A stretch of DNA of 64,000 nt. Origin: an uncultured delta proteobacterium. Lineage in GTDB: Bacteria > Desulfobacterota > RBG-13-43-22. The DNA lies in assembly GCA_963743305.1 (NCBI GenBank), contig CAVUPH010000013.1, positions 64,001-128,000 on the forward strand, in the 5' to 3' direction. Shown piece by piece: positions 32,710 through 42,916 of this stretch (the first letter of the stretch is position 1; every line of letters begins with the position of its first letter). The notes beneath the pieces were generated by a model that saw nothing but the letters and a program-made list of their open reading frames with translations, made no database searches and was not told the origin of the DNA. A program made the translations under genes and the position numbers.

Positions 32710-33186
32710 ATGAAAATGATCGTTTCCATTATTAACGGCCTTTCCCGTTTTATGTACTGGATTGCCGGGGCCTCCCTGGCGGGGATTGTGTTCCTGACCG
32801 TGGCCGATGTTATTTTGAGGCTTTTTGACCATCCAATACTCGGGTCCTATGATATTGTGTCCATATTAGGGGCCGTCGTCATCGGGTTTGCCATTCCCCA
32901 GACCTCCTTGGAGAGAGGACACGTATTGATGGAATTTTTGATTGAAAAGCTTCCCTTCGGGGGGCAAAAGGTGTTTCATTTCCTGACCAGACTATTGGCC
33001 ATCGGCACCTTTCTTATTATTGGCTGGAACCTCATATCCTACGGAAATGATTTAAGACAAACCGGAGAGGTTTCCATGACGCTGAGATGGCCTGAATATC
33101 CCATTGCCTACGGTATCGGGCTCTGTTGTTTCATCGAATGTCTGGTCCTGGCTTCCAATATGGTTTTTAAAAAGGAGGGGGAATGA
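32710..33186 (+). CDS. dctQ: TRAP transporter small permease
   Basis: 4 TM helices; VADVILR and ERGHVLME motifs. Confidence 0.88.
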   Translation: MKMIVSIINGLSRFMYWIAGASLAGIVFLTVADVILRLFDHPILGSYDIVSILGAVVIGFAIPQTSLERGHVLMEFLIEKLPFGGQKVFHFLTRLLAIGTFLIIGWNLISYGNDLRQTGEVSMTLRWPEYPIAYGIGLCCFIECLVLASNMVFKKEGE

Positions 33187-34487
33187 TGAGCCTGGAAATG
33201 ATCAGCCTTTTAACTGTGATACTCCTTTTTGTTTTTTTTCTCATGGGCCTGGAGATCGGGTTTTCCATGGCCTTGGCCGGCTTTATCGGTTTTTCCTGGA
33301 TCGTGGGACTCCAACCTGCCTTGAGCCTGATGGCCAGGGATATATACCAGGTCTTTTCTAATTATGGGTTCACGGTCATACCTCTCTTTGTCCTTATGGG
33401 TCAGGTGGGCGCCAGCGGCGGTATTGCCCGCAGTTTGTATGATTCGGGGTATAAATTTATGGGTCATATCCCCGGGGGCCTGGCCATCGGCACCGTTGCC
33501 GCGGCTACGGCCTTCAAGGCCATTTGCGGCTCTTCACCGGCCACGGCGGCCACCTTTGCCACCATTGCCGTGCCGGAAATGGACCGCTACGGCTATGATA
33601 AACGATTGTCCTGCGGGACCGTGGCGACGGTGGGAACCTTAGGGGTGCTTATCCCGCCCAGCGTCACCTTGATTATTTACGGCATCCTGACGGAAACGTC
33701 CATCGGTAAGCTTTTCCTGGCCGGAATCATCCCCGGTTTAATTGTCGCCTTTTCATTTGTCATTACCTTGTACGGCTGGTGCAAGATTAATCCCAAAATG
33801 GGACCGAAGGGGCAAAAATCGACCTGGAAGGAACGGTTCGCCTCTCTTCCACCGGTTCTATTGGTTCTGGTCATTTTTATCGTGGTGGTCGGCGGCCTGA
33901 TGAAGGGATATTTCACGCCCACGGAAGCCGGCAGTGTGGGCACCTTTGCCGTTTTGCTTCTGACCCTGGCCAAGAGGGATATGAATTTAAAAAAGTTTAT
34001 CAAATCCATCAATGACACCCTGCGCATCGGCTGTATGGTCATCACCTTGATCGCCGGGGCCACCATTCTGGGCCATTTTTTCGCCGTGACCCGAACCCCT
34101 TATATGGCGGCTGATTTCCTGGGAAACCTCGACGTTAACCGGAACATCATTATGGTCCTGATCTTTGCGGTCTATCTCATCGGCGGTTCTTTTATTGAAG
34201 ATATGGCCTTTCTGATTCTAGCCACTCCTATATTCCTGCCCCTGGTCTTAAAATTGGGTTACGACCCGGTGTGGTTCGGCGTTATCGTTTGCGTAATCAC
34301 CATGATCGGCATCATTCTACCCCCCATGGCCATCAACGTGTTTGTTGTGGCCGGGATTACGAAAGTGCCTATTAACACGATCTATAAGGGGATTTACCCT
34401 TATATCGTCGGGATGTATATTTGCCTGTTTATCTTTTTGTTCTTCCCTCAAATCTCCCTCTGGCTCCCCGGTTTGTTTTTTAAATGA
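33183..34487 (+). CDS. dctM: TRAP transporter large permease
   Basis: IPLFVLMG, GVLIPPS, FTPTEAG and DPVWFG motifs. Confidence 0.93.
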   Translation: MMSLEMISLLTVILLFVFFLMGLEIGFSMALAGFIGFSWIVGLQPALSLMARDIYQVFSNYGFTVIPLFVLMGQVGASGGIARSLYDSGYKFMGHIPGGLAIGTVAAATAFKAICGSSPATAATFATIAVPEMDRYGYDKRLSCGTVATVGTLGVLIPPSVTLIIYGILTETSIGKLFLAGIIPGLIVAFSFVITLYGWCKINPKMGPKGQKSTWKERFASLPPVLLVLVIFIVVVGGLMKGYFTPTEAGSVGTFAVLLLTLAKRDMNLKKFIKSINDTLRIGCMVITLIAGATILGHFFAVTRTPYMAADFLGNLDVNRNIIMVLIFAVYLIGGSFIEDMAFLILATPIFLPLVLKLGYDPVWFGVIVCVITMIGIILPPMAINVFVVAGITKVPINTIYKGIYPYIVGMYICLFIFLFFPQISLWLPGLFFK

Positions 34488-34510
34488 TTTTGAGTTAATA
34501 TTTGAATAAG

Positions 34511-34609
34511 GGCCCACCACCAAGGCCAGGCCCTTGGCTGGCGGTGCGGGGGGAGGGATGCGGGCCGCTTTGCTCGGACCTCCAATAAGATGGCCGGCCG
34601 TTGTCTGCG
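34511..34609 (+). pseudogene. Degenerate ~100-nt copy of an internal part of the GlcF-like gene (28521-28619)
   Basis: Hand alignment gives roughly 80% nt identity with two 1-nt indels; similarity ends where IS-associated sequence begins. Confidence 0.7.
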
Positions 34610-36460
34610 AACCATCAAAAAAATAGAAAACCTCGTTGAACTCGATGGGACGAGGTGATAGAGTTTTTTTAAGAGAAAAAACTATCATCAACGAGGTGAA
34701 AGCATTATGGCACAAGGGGTTCTTTCATTCAAGTATGAAGAGGAGAAGAAAGCGACGGGGATGACGGCGTTGGGGGGATTACCGGTTTATCTGGACTTAG
34801 CCGCGGTCGTGGGGATAGCGGGCAGCATCGAGAGGCACTTACACCTAAAGAAGCAAGGCTGGACGGATACCCAGACGGTACTCTCGTTGCTATTGATGAA
34901 TCTTGCCGGCGGGGATTGTGTAGAGGATTTACGCCGGTTGGAGGGGGATGAAGGATTTTGTCAGGTAGTAAGGCGTATAGAACACCAAGGGCTGAAACGA
35001 CGGGAGCGGCGAGAGGCGGAGCGGCGTTGGCGAAAGGAACGGAGGCGAACCGTGCCTTCCGCCTCTGCAGTTTTTCGATATTTATCATCCTTTCACGATG
35101 CGGAGCAGGAGAAGAAACGGGTGGCGGGGAAGGCGTTCATACCGGTCCAGAATGAGGCCCTAAGGGGATTAGCGAAAGTGAACGGGGACCTGGTTGCTTT
35201 TATGCAGCAGCAGAATCCCCAAAAGGTAGCCACGCTGGATCAGGATGCGACCTTGGTGGAGACGGCGAAGCGGGAGGCTTTATATGGGTACAAAGGATAC
35301 AAGGCCTACCAGCCATTGAACACCTGGTGGGCGGAACAGGAGATGGTCTTACATACGGAGTTTCGGGATGGGAATGTTCCGGCGGGGCATGAGCAGTTAC
35401 GCGTTTTGAAGGAAGCCTTGGCCTTACTACCGGAAGGGGTTGAACAAGTCCGTTTACGTTCCGATACGGCCGGATATCAGCATGAGTTACTCCGATACTG
35501 TGAAGAAGGGGAAGAGGAGCGATTTGGTCGGATCGAGTTTGCGATTGGCTGTGATGTGACCCCGGAGTTTAAGCGGGCGGTTTTGGAAGTAGCGGAACCA
35601 GAATGGAAGGTGATTTACAAGGAGGCGGAAGGGTATCGGATCAAGACGAATCAAGAATGGGCCGAAGTCTGTTTTGTCCCTGGAAAGATAGGTTATAGCA
35701 AGAAGTCTCCGGTGTATCGGTACTTGGCCATCCGGGAGGCAATGGGGTCGATGACGCTACCCGGGATGGCCGTAGTACAGCAGTCATTACCCTTTCCGAC
35801 GATGGAGATCGGCAGGCAAGGGTACAAGCTTTTTGGGGTGGTGACGAATATGGATTGGGAGGGGGGGGCCTTGATTGACTGGCATCGAAAGCGTTGCGGG
35901 AAGTCCGAGGAGGCCCATTCGGTAATGAAGGGAGATTTGGCCGGGGGGCAATTACCTTCTGGTGATTTCGGTGAGAATGCCGCCTGGTTTTGGATCATGA
36001 TTTTGGCCTTGAACCTTAATAGCGCTATGAAGCAGTTGGTCTTAGGGAAGTCCTGGGTATCCAAACGAATGAAGGCGATTCGGTTTTCGTTGATTAACTT
36101 ACCCGGGCGCATTGTTGAACGTTCCCGAGAGTTGATCATTCGGTTGGTGAAGGGGCATCCGGCGTTTGATCTCCTTCTGGAGGCCAGAGGCCGGATCATG
36201 GCCCTTGATCCGGTGCCGTCAGGGTAATGGGGCATAACCATTAACTCGAAAGCATTCGCTGGGCTCAAATGGTTGGGGTAATTTTCCAGGAAAGGGAGGC
36301 GGTGCGCCCATCTCGAGCCCACCGAGCTACGGGAGGATGCTTTTCCATAAATAATTGATCAAACAGGGCCTCTTCCGAGGCCACAGGCTTTAACCGGCAT
36401 GAAAAATAGTGTTGAAAAATAGAAAAAGCAACCTGTGAAAAATTAGGTGGTGGATTCAGG
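34610..36460 (+). mobile_element. IS1380-family insertion sequence (boundaries approximate)
   Basis: Contains an intact transposase. Plausible right end ..GGTGGTGGATTCAGG at 36460; left inverted repeat not clearly resolved. Confidence 0.65.
34707..36227 (+). CDS. IS1380-family DDE transposase
   Basis: TLDQDAT, GYKAYQPL, EFRDGNVPA, RLRSDTAGY and HRKRCGKSEEAHSVMK motifs. Confidence 0.88.
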   Translation: MAQGVLSFKYEEEKKATGMTALGGLPVYLDLAAVVGIAGSIERHLHLKKQGWTDTQTVLSLLLMNLAGGDCVEDLRRLEGDEGFCQVVRRIEHQGLKRRERREAERRWRKERRRTVPSASAVFRYLSSFHDAEQEKKRVAGKAFIPVQNEALRGLAKVNGDLVAFMQQQNPQKVATLDQDATLVETAKREALYGYKGYKAYQPLNTWWAEQEMVLHTEFRDGNVPAGHEQLRVLKEALALLPEGVEQVRLRSDTAGYQHELLRYCEEGEEERFGRIEFAIGCDVTPEFKRAVLEVAEPEWKVIYKEAEGYRIKTNQEWAEVCFVPGKIGYSKKSPVYRYLAIREAMGSMTLPGMAVVQQSLPFPTMEIGRQGYKLFGVVTNMDWEGGALIDWHRKRCGKSEEAHSVMKGDLAGGQLPSGDFGENAAWFWIMILALNLNSAMKQLVLGKSWVSKRMKAIRFSLINLPGRIVERSRELIIRLVKGHPAFDLLLEARGRIMALDPVPSG

Positions 36461-36531
36461 CTCTCTTCCTTCCTTGACCCCCCCGGTTCTTTCCAGTAAA
36501 ATACCCAAACAAATTCCAAGATCGAGGCGAG

Positions 36532-38008
36532 GTGGCTATGAATCCCTTTAAGGTGCTGTTCGTTTCACCGGAAGTCGTTCCTTTTGCCAAAACCGGCGGG
36601 TTGGCCGATGTGGCCGGTTCACTGCCCAAGGCGTTGAAAAAATTAGGCTGCGATGTCCGTCTGGTCATGCCGCTCTACCGCATGGTCCGGCAGGGCAATT
36701 TTCCTCTAAAGAAAACACTGGAGGGAGTCCGGGTCCCGGTGGGTGGACGGGCCATGGAAGTGGATATTTACGAATCGACCCTGGAGGAAGGACTGCCTGT
36801 TTATTTTATTGAACGGGATGAATTTTTCGATCGCGAGTAATCTGTACGGCACTTCTCGAGGGGACTATTTTGACAACGACCAGCGCTTCGTCCTCTTCTG
36901 CCAGGCAACCCTGGCCCTGGCTCCCCGGATCTCCTTTCAACCGGATGTCTTTCATGGCCACGACTGGCAGACGGGTTTGATTCCGGCCTATTTGCACTTC
37001 CTTCGGACCCGGGACCCCTTTTGGGCCAACACGGCCAGTATTTTCACCATCCACAATATCGCCTATCAGGGGATATTTGATCCAGACATCATCCCTCTGG
37101 CCGGCCTGCCTTGGGAGACCTACAACCCTTCCGGGCTGGAATTTTGGGGATCGGTCAACCTCTTGAAGTCCGGGATCGTCTACAGCCAGATCATCAATAC
37201 CGTGAGCCGGCAATACGGTGAGGAAATCCAAACCGAAGAATACGGATACGGTTTGGAGGGGATTCTCTCGTACCGTCGGAATGACCTTTTCGGCATCATC
37301 AATGGCGTTGATTATGAGTCCTGGAACCCCCAAACAGACCCCTTAATCGCCGCCGCTTTTGGGGCAGACGACCTTTCGGGAAAAAGGGCCTGCAAGGTCG
37401 ATCTGCTGAAGCAATTCAACCTTTCGGAGGAACGGCAGGTCTATCCGCTCTTGGGGGTTATCTCCCGCCTGGCCGACCAGAAAGGGTTTGACCTGCTGGC
37501 CGCAGTCATGGACCGGCTGATCGAGAAAGAGGTAACCCTGGTGGTTCTGGGAACAGGTGAGGAGAAATACCATCAACTCTTTTCCGAGCTGGCGGCGAAG
37601 GTCCCCCAAAAAATCGGCCTGCGATTGGCTTATGATAACACCCTGGCTCACAAAATTGAGGCCGGGAGCGATATGTTCCTCATGCCTTCCCGTTACGAAC
37701 CCTGTGGGTTGAATCAGATATACAGCCTGAAATACGGAACGATTCCCATTGTGCGGGCTACCGGCGGCCTGGACGATACCATCCAGCCTTTCAAATCCCT
37801 GGATCAGTCGGGTACCGGGTTTAAATTCCAGGAATACCAGGCCGAGGCCTTCTGGCAGTCTCTGGAGGAGGCCTTAGAAACCTATGAAATTCCCCATCTC
37901 TGGCGGGCGCTGATGCGCAATGCCATGTCCCAGGACTTTTCCTGGGAGAATTCCGCCCGCGAGTACCTGGGCCTGTATCAAAGGGCCCGGGATCGTCTTA
38001 GCGCTTGA
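36532..38008 (+). CDS. glgA: Glycogen synthase, frameshifted near 36835
   Basis: [33 protein letters not shown] and [11 protein letters not shown] motifs across two ORFs. Confidence 0.93.
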
Positions 38009-38131
38009 GAAAATCGGCAGGGAGGTTCGACCTGAGCGATTCGACTGATCCTTTTCGGCAAGCTCAAGGCCCTGAGCCTGTCGAAGGGCTCGGGTCGCCG
38101 GCCGATACAAAAACGAGGCTCTAAAATCCAA

Positions 38132-38671
38132 ATGGTCATAACCAGCATGGTTCGATTTTTGAAGATAGTTCTCCGCTCGCGGCTGTGGACGGGAACTTTG
38201 ACGCTGATCCTGGTTTACGGCCTGGGTGCCGGCCTTTCCACGGCCGGGCCACCCGATAGGGAGTGGGAAAGCGGGTCGGATAAGTTGAACTTGACTGACG
38301 ATCAGGCGCAAACTCTTCAGGAACTTGGGAACAGGTTTCGTCAGGAAATGATTCAGGTCCGGAAAAAAATGGCGAGTAAGCGGTTGGAACTGCGGACCTT
38401 GAGTGAAGAAGAATTTCAAGGCCCTCGAGGGGAAGAAATTCGAAAAGAACTCCAGACCCTTTTCCTGAACGGCCGGGAAAGGGCTTTGGTGTATCAATCG
38501 GAGGCCCTGAAGATTCTGCGGGCGGACCAGAAAGAGAAACTTCCTCCCGGAAGCGACCTGGGTTTTCGCTGCCATTGGGGTTTTTTCATGGGGGGAGGCT
38601 TCGGCAGGGATTTCCATAGAAACCGAAACCATCCTGGTCTTCCGTCGGGGAACCCCCCCAGCCGACCCTGA
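38132..38671 (+). CDS. Spy/CpxP/ZraP-like periplasmic protein
   Basis: Signal peptide; LNLTDDQ and ILRADQ (LTxxQ-like) repeats; upstream of a sensor kinase. Confidence 0.65.
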   Translation: MVITSMVRFLKIVLRSRLWTGTLTLILVYGLGAGLSTAGPPDREWESGSDKLNLTDDQAQTLQELGNRFRQEMIQVRKKMASKRLELRTLSEEEFQGPRGEEIRKELQTLFLNGRERALVYQSEALKILRADQKEKLPPGSDLGFRCHWGFFMGGGFGRDFHRNRNHPGLPSGNPPSRP

Positions 38672-38735
38672 ATTGAGAATCAGATATTTTAGGGTAGGAA
38701 GCCTTCCCGTTAATCCTTAGAACAGACTCCGGGCC

Positions 38736-40478
38736 ATGAATCAACGACCTTTTCATTATGCCTACTATTTGCTTCCGGTCCTGGCGGTTCTGATCCTGTT
38801 GCTGTTGATCAACGGATATTTTGAAATTCAGCGAACCCGAGCCCAGTTGTTCGACCTCCTGGAGACGGAAGGACAACTGCTCATCCGGGGGATTGACACC
38901 AATGCCACCAATCTGATCAAACGTTTTCTGGACGCCGGCCGCCAGTCGCCGGTCACGAATCTTCGGGAGACCCTGGAAACGGAACCGTTGCTCGGGCTGG
39001 AGGATATCCTCATCGAGCGACTGGTCGACCTGGGCCTGCGGTTGGATCAGGAAGCGGCGAAGAAATCCGGAGATTCCGGATATCAGAGCGGGTTGATAGC
39101 CAAGACCGGATTGGCGCATATCGAATTTATCGCCCCGCCCCGGGAAGACCGGTCCTTGATGCCGCGTTACCGGGAGTTCTTGAAAAATCCATCTTTTCAG
39201 AAGCTGTTAAACGGCCAATCCCGGCTTTTTCTTTCTCGAGAAGAGCCGGGAAAGGAGAGTCCTTTTCCCCTGACGCTGGCCCTGGCCCGGCGTTTTGACC
39301 GAGGCTTTATTCTGATCCGTATCTCCCCGGAGGAATACCGCTTCCTGGGGGAGCAGATCATTATCCAGGGATTGATCAATGAATTTTTCGGGAAAGGAAA
39401 TCTGGCTTACCTGGAAATCCTGGATTCCCGAAAACGGGTTTTGGGAGAAGCAGGGAACGGGTCAGCGTCCAACCCGCCAACGGTTGAATGGAAAAAACCC
39501 TGGCCGGGGAAAGAAGCCCCTTTGGCTTGGATAAAAAGATCCGATGGTGAATTTTTAGAACTGTCCCGGGCCTTCGCCCCGGACGGACGGTCTCCGGGTT
39601 CTATCCGGCTGGGTCTATCCCTCAAGGGAATCACTCCCATCCTCTATCAATCCCAGAATCGTATTCTCCTCATGACCGCCGTGCTTTTGGCCTTGGGCAT
39701 AGTCAGTTTTATTATCATTTTTCAAATCCAAAATCGCCATTTCAGCAAAATAAAGGAACTGGAGGAGCGGATGCGACTTCAGGATGAACTGTCGGCCATG
39801 GGCCAACTGGCGGCCGGTGTGGCCCATGAGATCAAAAACCCCCTGAACGCCATCGGCCTGGTTGTGCAACGTCTTCAAAAAGAGTTCCGCTGGGTGGACC
39901 CTCAAGCGCAGCAGGAATACGAGCGGTTTACCGGAATCGTCCGGGACGAGATCAGCCGGGTCAATAAAATCATTGAACAGTTTCTATTTGTGGCCCGGCC
40001 TTTCCAGTCGGAATTCAAAGAGCAGGCAGTAGATGAAATTTTGGATTACGTCTTGAGTCTGCTGGAGGAGACCATAAAAGGCAGCGGGATAGCCCTGGAG
40101 AAAAATTGGGAAAAGAATCTTCCGCCCGTGCTGGGGGATCGCTCCCAGTTGACTCAGGCCTTCCTGAACCTGCTCAATAACGCGCTGGAAGCGATGCCCC
40201 GTGGCGGTCGATTGAAGGTGGTCTCAAAATCAATCCCGGGATCAAAATCCATCGAATTGCGGATCGAGGACAGCGGGTCCGGGATTCCCCCGGAAGATCT
40301 GAAAAAGGTCTTTGCCCACTATTTTACCACCAAGGAAAAGGGGATTGGCTTGGGTCTGGCCATCACCCAAAAGATCATCCAGGGACATAAAGGCCGCCTG
40401 GAAGTACGCAGCCTCCCGGGACAGGGGACGACGGTCAGGATTCGCCTCCCGGTAATGGAGAAGAAAATGAATGCCTAA
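38736..40478 (+). CDS. Membrane sensor histidine kinase (ZraS/NtrB-like); no adjacent response regulator
   Basis: Two TM helices; AHEIKNPL H-box, NLLNNALEAM, DSGSGIP and GIGLGL motifs. Confidence 0.92.
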   Translation: MNQRPFHYAYYLLPVLAVLILLLLINGYFEIQRTRAQLFDLLETEGQLLIRGIDTNATNLIKRFLDAGRQSPVTNLRETLETEPLLGLEDILIERLVDLGLRLDQEAAKKSGDSGYQSGLIAKTGLAHIEFIAPPREDRSLMPRYREFLKNPSFQKLLNGQSRLFLSREEPGKESPFPLTLALARRFDRGFILIRISPEEYRFLGEQIIIQGLINEFFGKGNLAYLEILDSRKRVLGEAGNGSASNPPTVEWKKPWPGKEAPLAWIKRSDGEFLELSRAFAPDGRSPGSIRLGLSLKGITPILYQSQNRILLMTAVLLALGIVSFIIIFQIQNRHFSKIKELEERMRLQDELSAMGQLAAGVAHEIKNPLNAIGLVVQRLQKEFRWVDPQAQQEYERFTGIVRDEISRVNKIIEQFLFVARPFQSEFKEQAVDEILDYVLSLLEETIKGSGIALEKNWEKNLPPVLGDRSQLTQAFLNLLNNALEAMPRGGRLKVVSKSIPGSKSIELRIEDSGSGIPPEDLKKVFAHYFTTKEKGIGLGLAITQKIIQGHKGRLEVRSLPGQGTTVRIRLPVMEKKMNA

Positions 40479-40622
40479 TTTTTTCTGTTGACAATTGGAC
40501 TAGATATGCTGTTTATTGAATAGCATTCGTAATTCGCTGTGACTTTATATAAAGTTCTCCACCTAATCTGAACTGACCAAGGATCTGGAAATGACGTGGG
40601 AGTATCGCCAGGTTCCGGCAGG

Positions 40623-40661
40623 AAGCCTCCGGGGGGTCAAACCCATTGGTAGGCTTTTTTT
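40623..40661 (+). terminator. Intrinsic terminator-like hairpin ~45 nt upstream of the selenoprotein gene
   Basis: AAGCCT-CCGG-GGG..CCC-ATTGG-T-AGGCTT followed by a T-run. Confidence 0.55.
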
Positions 40662-40704
40662 ATTTAGGCTATCCAAAAATTTTCCAAGTTAGGGAGGCGC
40701 CAGG

Positions 40705-41277
40705 ATGCTGCTAAAAAGGTTTGCCCTTCGCATGTTGGGCGTGGTTTTCTTCATTTTGATCAGTATGCACTGTTCATTGATTTACTCGGCCGAGACCCTT
40801 CCCCCGGGAAGTAAAATTCCGGATTTTGAATTAAAAGGTCCTGCCTCACCCCAAACAAAGGCCTATCTAGAGGTTAGTGATGAAAAGCTATTTTCTTTAT
40901 CGCAGATTAAGACGAAAGTCGTTTTGATCGAATTTTTCGACGTATTCTGACCCGTGTGTCAAAAAAACGCGCCTGTGGTCAACAGGGTCTATAATTTATT
41001 TAAGGAAGACAAAAAGTTGAGTAAAGATTTCAAAATGATCGGCATTGCCATCGGAAATCAGCCCGAAGACGTGTCCTCTTATAAAAAGGCTTTTAAAATA
41101 GACTTTCCCTTGTATGTCGACCCCAAGAAAGAAATCGCCAAAAAGGCAAAAGTGCCAGCCGTCCCCCTTACCATTTTGGTGGACAAGAACGGTAAAGTCC
41201 TCATGAGTCACTCCGGTCCCATAGGGAACTTTGATGCTTACCTAATGGAGATCAAAAAAAAGTTACAGGCGCAATAG
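40705..41277 (+). CDS. TlpA/ResA-like thioredoxin-fold selenoprotein with UxxC motif (TGA 40948-40950)
   Basis: ORFs 40705-40950 and 40954-41277 are in frame; readthrough gives LIEFFDVF-U-PVC-QK; cis-Pro motif AVPLTILVDKNG; SECIS-like hairpin CCTGT-GGTCA-ACAGG at 40972-40986. Confidence 0.9.
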
Positions 41278-41483
41278 CCTGACCCGGGGGGGTAATACGA
41301 AAATAGAACCGGGTACCGCAAAGCCTTTATTAAAAATTAATAAGGAACAAGTGATTATTAATTATTAATGTCAATCAGTTAGGCTTATGTCTCGCTCCTT
41401 TATTTTCATGCTTCGCGGGTACCTCTCGGGGCCTGGGGGGTGGTTAAGATTTCCAATCCGTTTAGTTTGATTGCGAGGTTATA

Positions 41484-42407
41484 ATGCCCGTAAATGAAGA
41501 CGCGGCGGAAGTCCTGGCCCAAAGCCCGGTTTTTAAAGAGTTGCCCCAGAATGCGCTGGAGGCCATCGCCGGGGCGGTAGATGCTCTGGTGGTGCCCCAC
41601 AACTCGATTATCCTCAGACAGGGCGATCCCGCTGATTGCCTCTACATCATCCGCTCCGGGTCCGTAAGGATCTTCAGGAGAAACCCAGAGGGGTTGAATT
41701 TAGACATTTCCATCAAGGGGCAAGGGGAGACCTTTGGGGAAATAGCGCTCCTGACCGGAGAACCCAGGTCAGCCGACGTGGAGACGTTGGAAGAGACCCA
41801 CCTGATGGTTCTCTCCAAAGATCAACTGGATCGAATCATGAGCGAATTTCCCGACATCTCCAAAATGTTCGTCAGACAGATGCGGAGTTGGCTGATCAGC
41901 GATGAAAAGCGTCTTGAGATCCAGGCCCAAGAAGTACGCAAGTCTTGGCGGATTACCTGGTTTGATTTTCTTCTGATTATGGTCGTCAGCGTTATCCTGG
42001 CCACGATTTTCAACTACTCCAATCCTAACGGAATCCCTCTTTTCCCCGAATATCCCGACAGAAACGCTTTCCCGACAATAAGTCCTGCGGCGGCCTGGGA
42101 AGAATTCCGCAGCCGTCAATCGCTATTTTTAGATGCCCGACCCGCCAATTTTTATCAAGAGCGCCACATTAAAGGGGCGGTCAATTTTCCTTTGGCACTT
42201 TTCGATATCCTTTACCTGATGACCTTCGCCAAAGAAGACAAGGAAAGGAAAATTATTGTCTATGGAGGAACGGTCAGCAAACTCTATGACTTGGAGTTGG
42301 CCGGGAAGCTGATCCTCCGAGGCTACGAGAAAGTCAGGGTCCTGGAAGGGGGGCTGGCGGCCTGGGAGGAAAAAGGATTTCCCCTGGAAGAAAAGGAGAA
42401 GGAATGA
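41484..42407 (+). CDS. cNMP-binding domain + TM + rhodanese-like domain fusion protein
   Basis: FGEIALLTGEPRSADV; TM helix; FLDARP..HIKGAVNFP and LEGGLAAWEEKG; usual active-site Cys position reads IVYGG. Confidence 0.85.
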   Translation: MPVNEDAAEVLAQSPVFKELPQNALEAIAGAVDALVVPHNSIILRQGDPADCLYIIRSGSVRIFRRNPEGLNLDISIKGQGETFGEIALLTGEPRSADVETLEETHLMVLSKDQLDRIMSEFPDISKMFVRQMRSWLISDEKRLEIQAQEVRKSWRITWFDFLLIMVVSVILATIFNYSNPNGIPLFPEYPDRNAFPTISPAAAWEEFRSRQSLFLDARPANFYQERHIKGAVNFPLALFDILYLMTFAKEDKERKIIVYGGTVSKLYDLELAGKLILRGYEKVRVLEGGLAAWEEKGFPLEEKEKE

Positions 42408-42907
42408 TCGGGCCGCACCTCCGGGGAATATTGACGAGCAAATATTTGGCTTTCGCGCTCCGGTTGTGCGTGGGAGGATTTTTCCTCTACGCCAGCATGA
42501 GCAAGATCGTTTATCCGGCTCAGTTTGCGGAGGCAACGGCTGATTACCGACTTTTGCCCTATTGGCTGCTTAACCCGGTGGCGGTGATTTTGCCGTGGGT
42601 GGAGTTTGTCTGCGGGCTGTTTCTGGTCATCGGATTCACCTCGAGGGCTTCCGTCGTCCTTATAGGACTATTGCTGGTGATGTTCAATATGATGGTACTG
42701 ATCAACATGTACTGGGGGGCCTCCATCAGTTGCGGGTGTTACGATACTGTCGGTGAGCCCATCGGCTGGAAGAAAATCGCTGAAAACATCCTGTTGCTGA
42801 TTTTTACCATCCACATCTACTATTTTGATCGACTCTTGCTGTTTCGCCGGGGAGGCCGGACTGATCCGGCAAAAATCATGGTCCCTTCTCCTAATACTTC
42901 ACGATAG
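42404..42907 (+). CDS. MauE/DoxX family redox-associated membrane protein
   Basis: ASMSKI, LPWVEFVCGLFL and ISCGCY motifs. Confidence 0.85.
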   Translation: MIGPHLRGILTSKYLAFALRLCVGGFFLYASMSKIVYPAQFAEATADYRLLPYWLLNPVAVILPWVEFVCGLFLVIGFTSRASVVLIGLLLVMFNMMVLINMYWGASISCGCYDTVGEPIGWKKIAENILLLIFTIHIYYFDRLLLFRRGGRTDPAKIMVPSPNTSR

Positions 42908-42916
42908 GGGTCTCCC

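Noticed and set aside
36820-36845. Programmed frameshifting in glgA and other split genes
   Set aside because: No consistent slippery site or stimulatory structure; the number of such breaks points to sequence error.
40621-40656. AAGCCTCCGG resembling part of a c-di-GMP-I riboswitch
   Set aside because: No upstream GGCAAA..GAAA..GACGCAAAG stem; better explained as a terminator hairpin.
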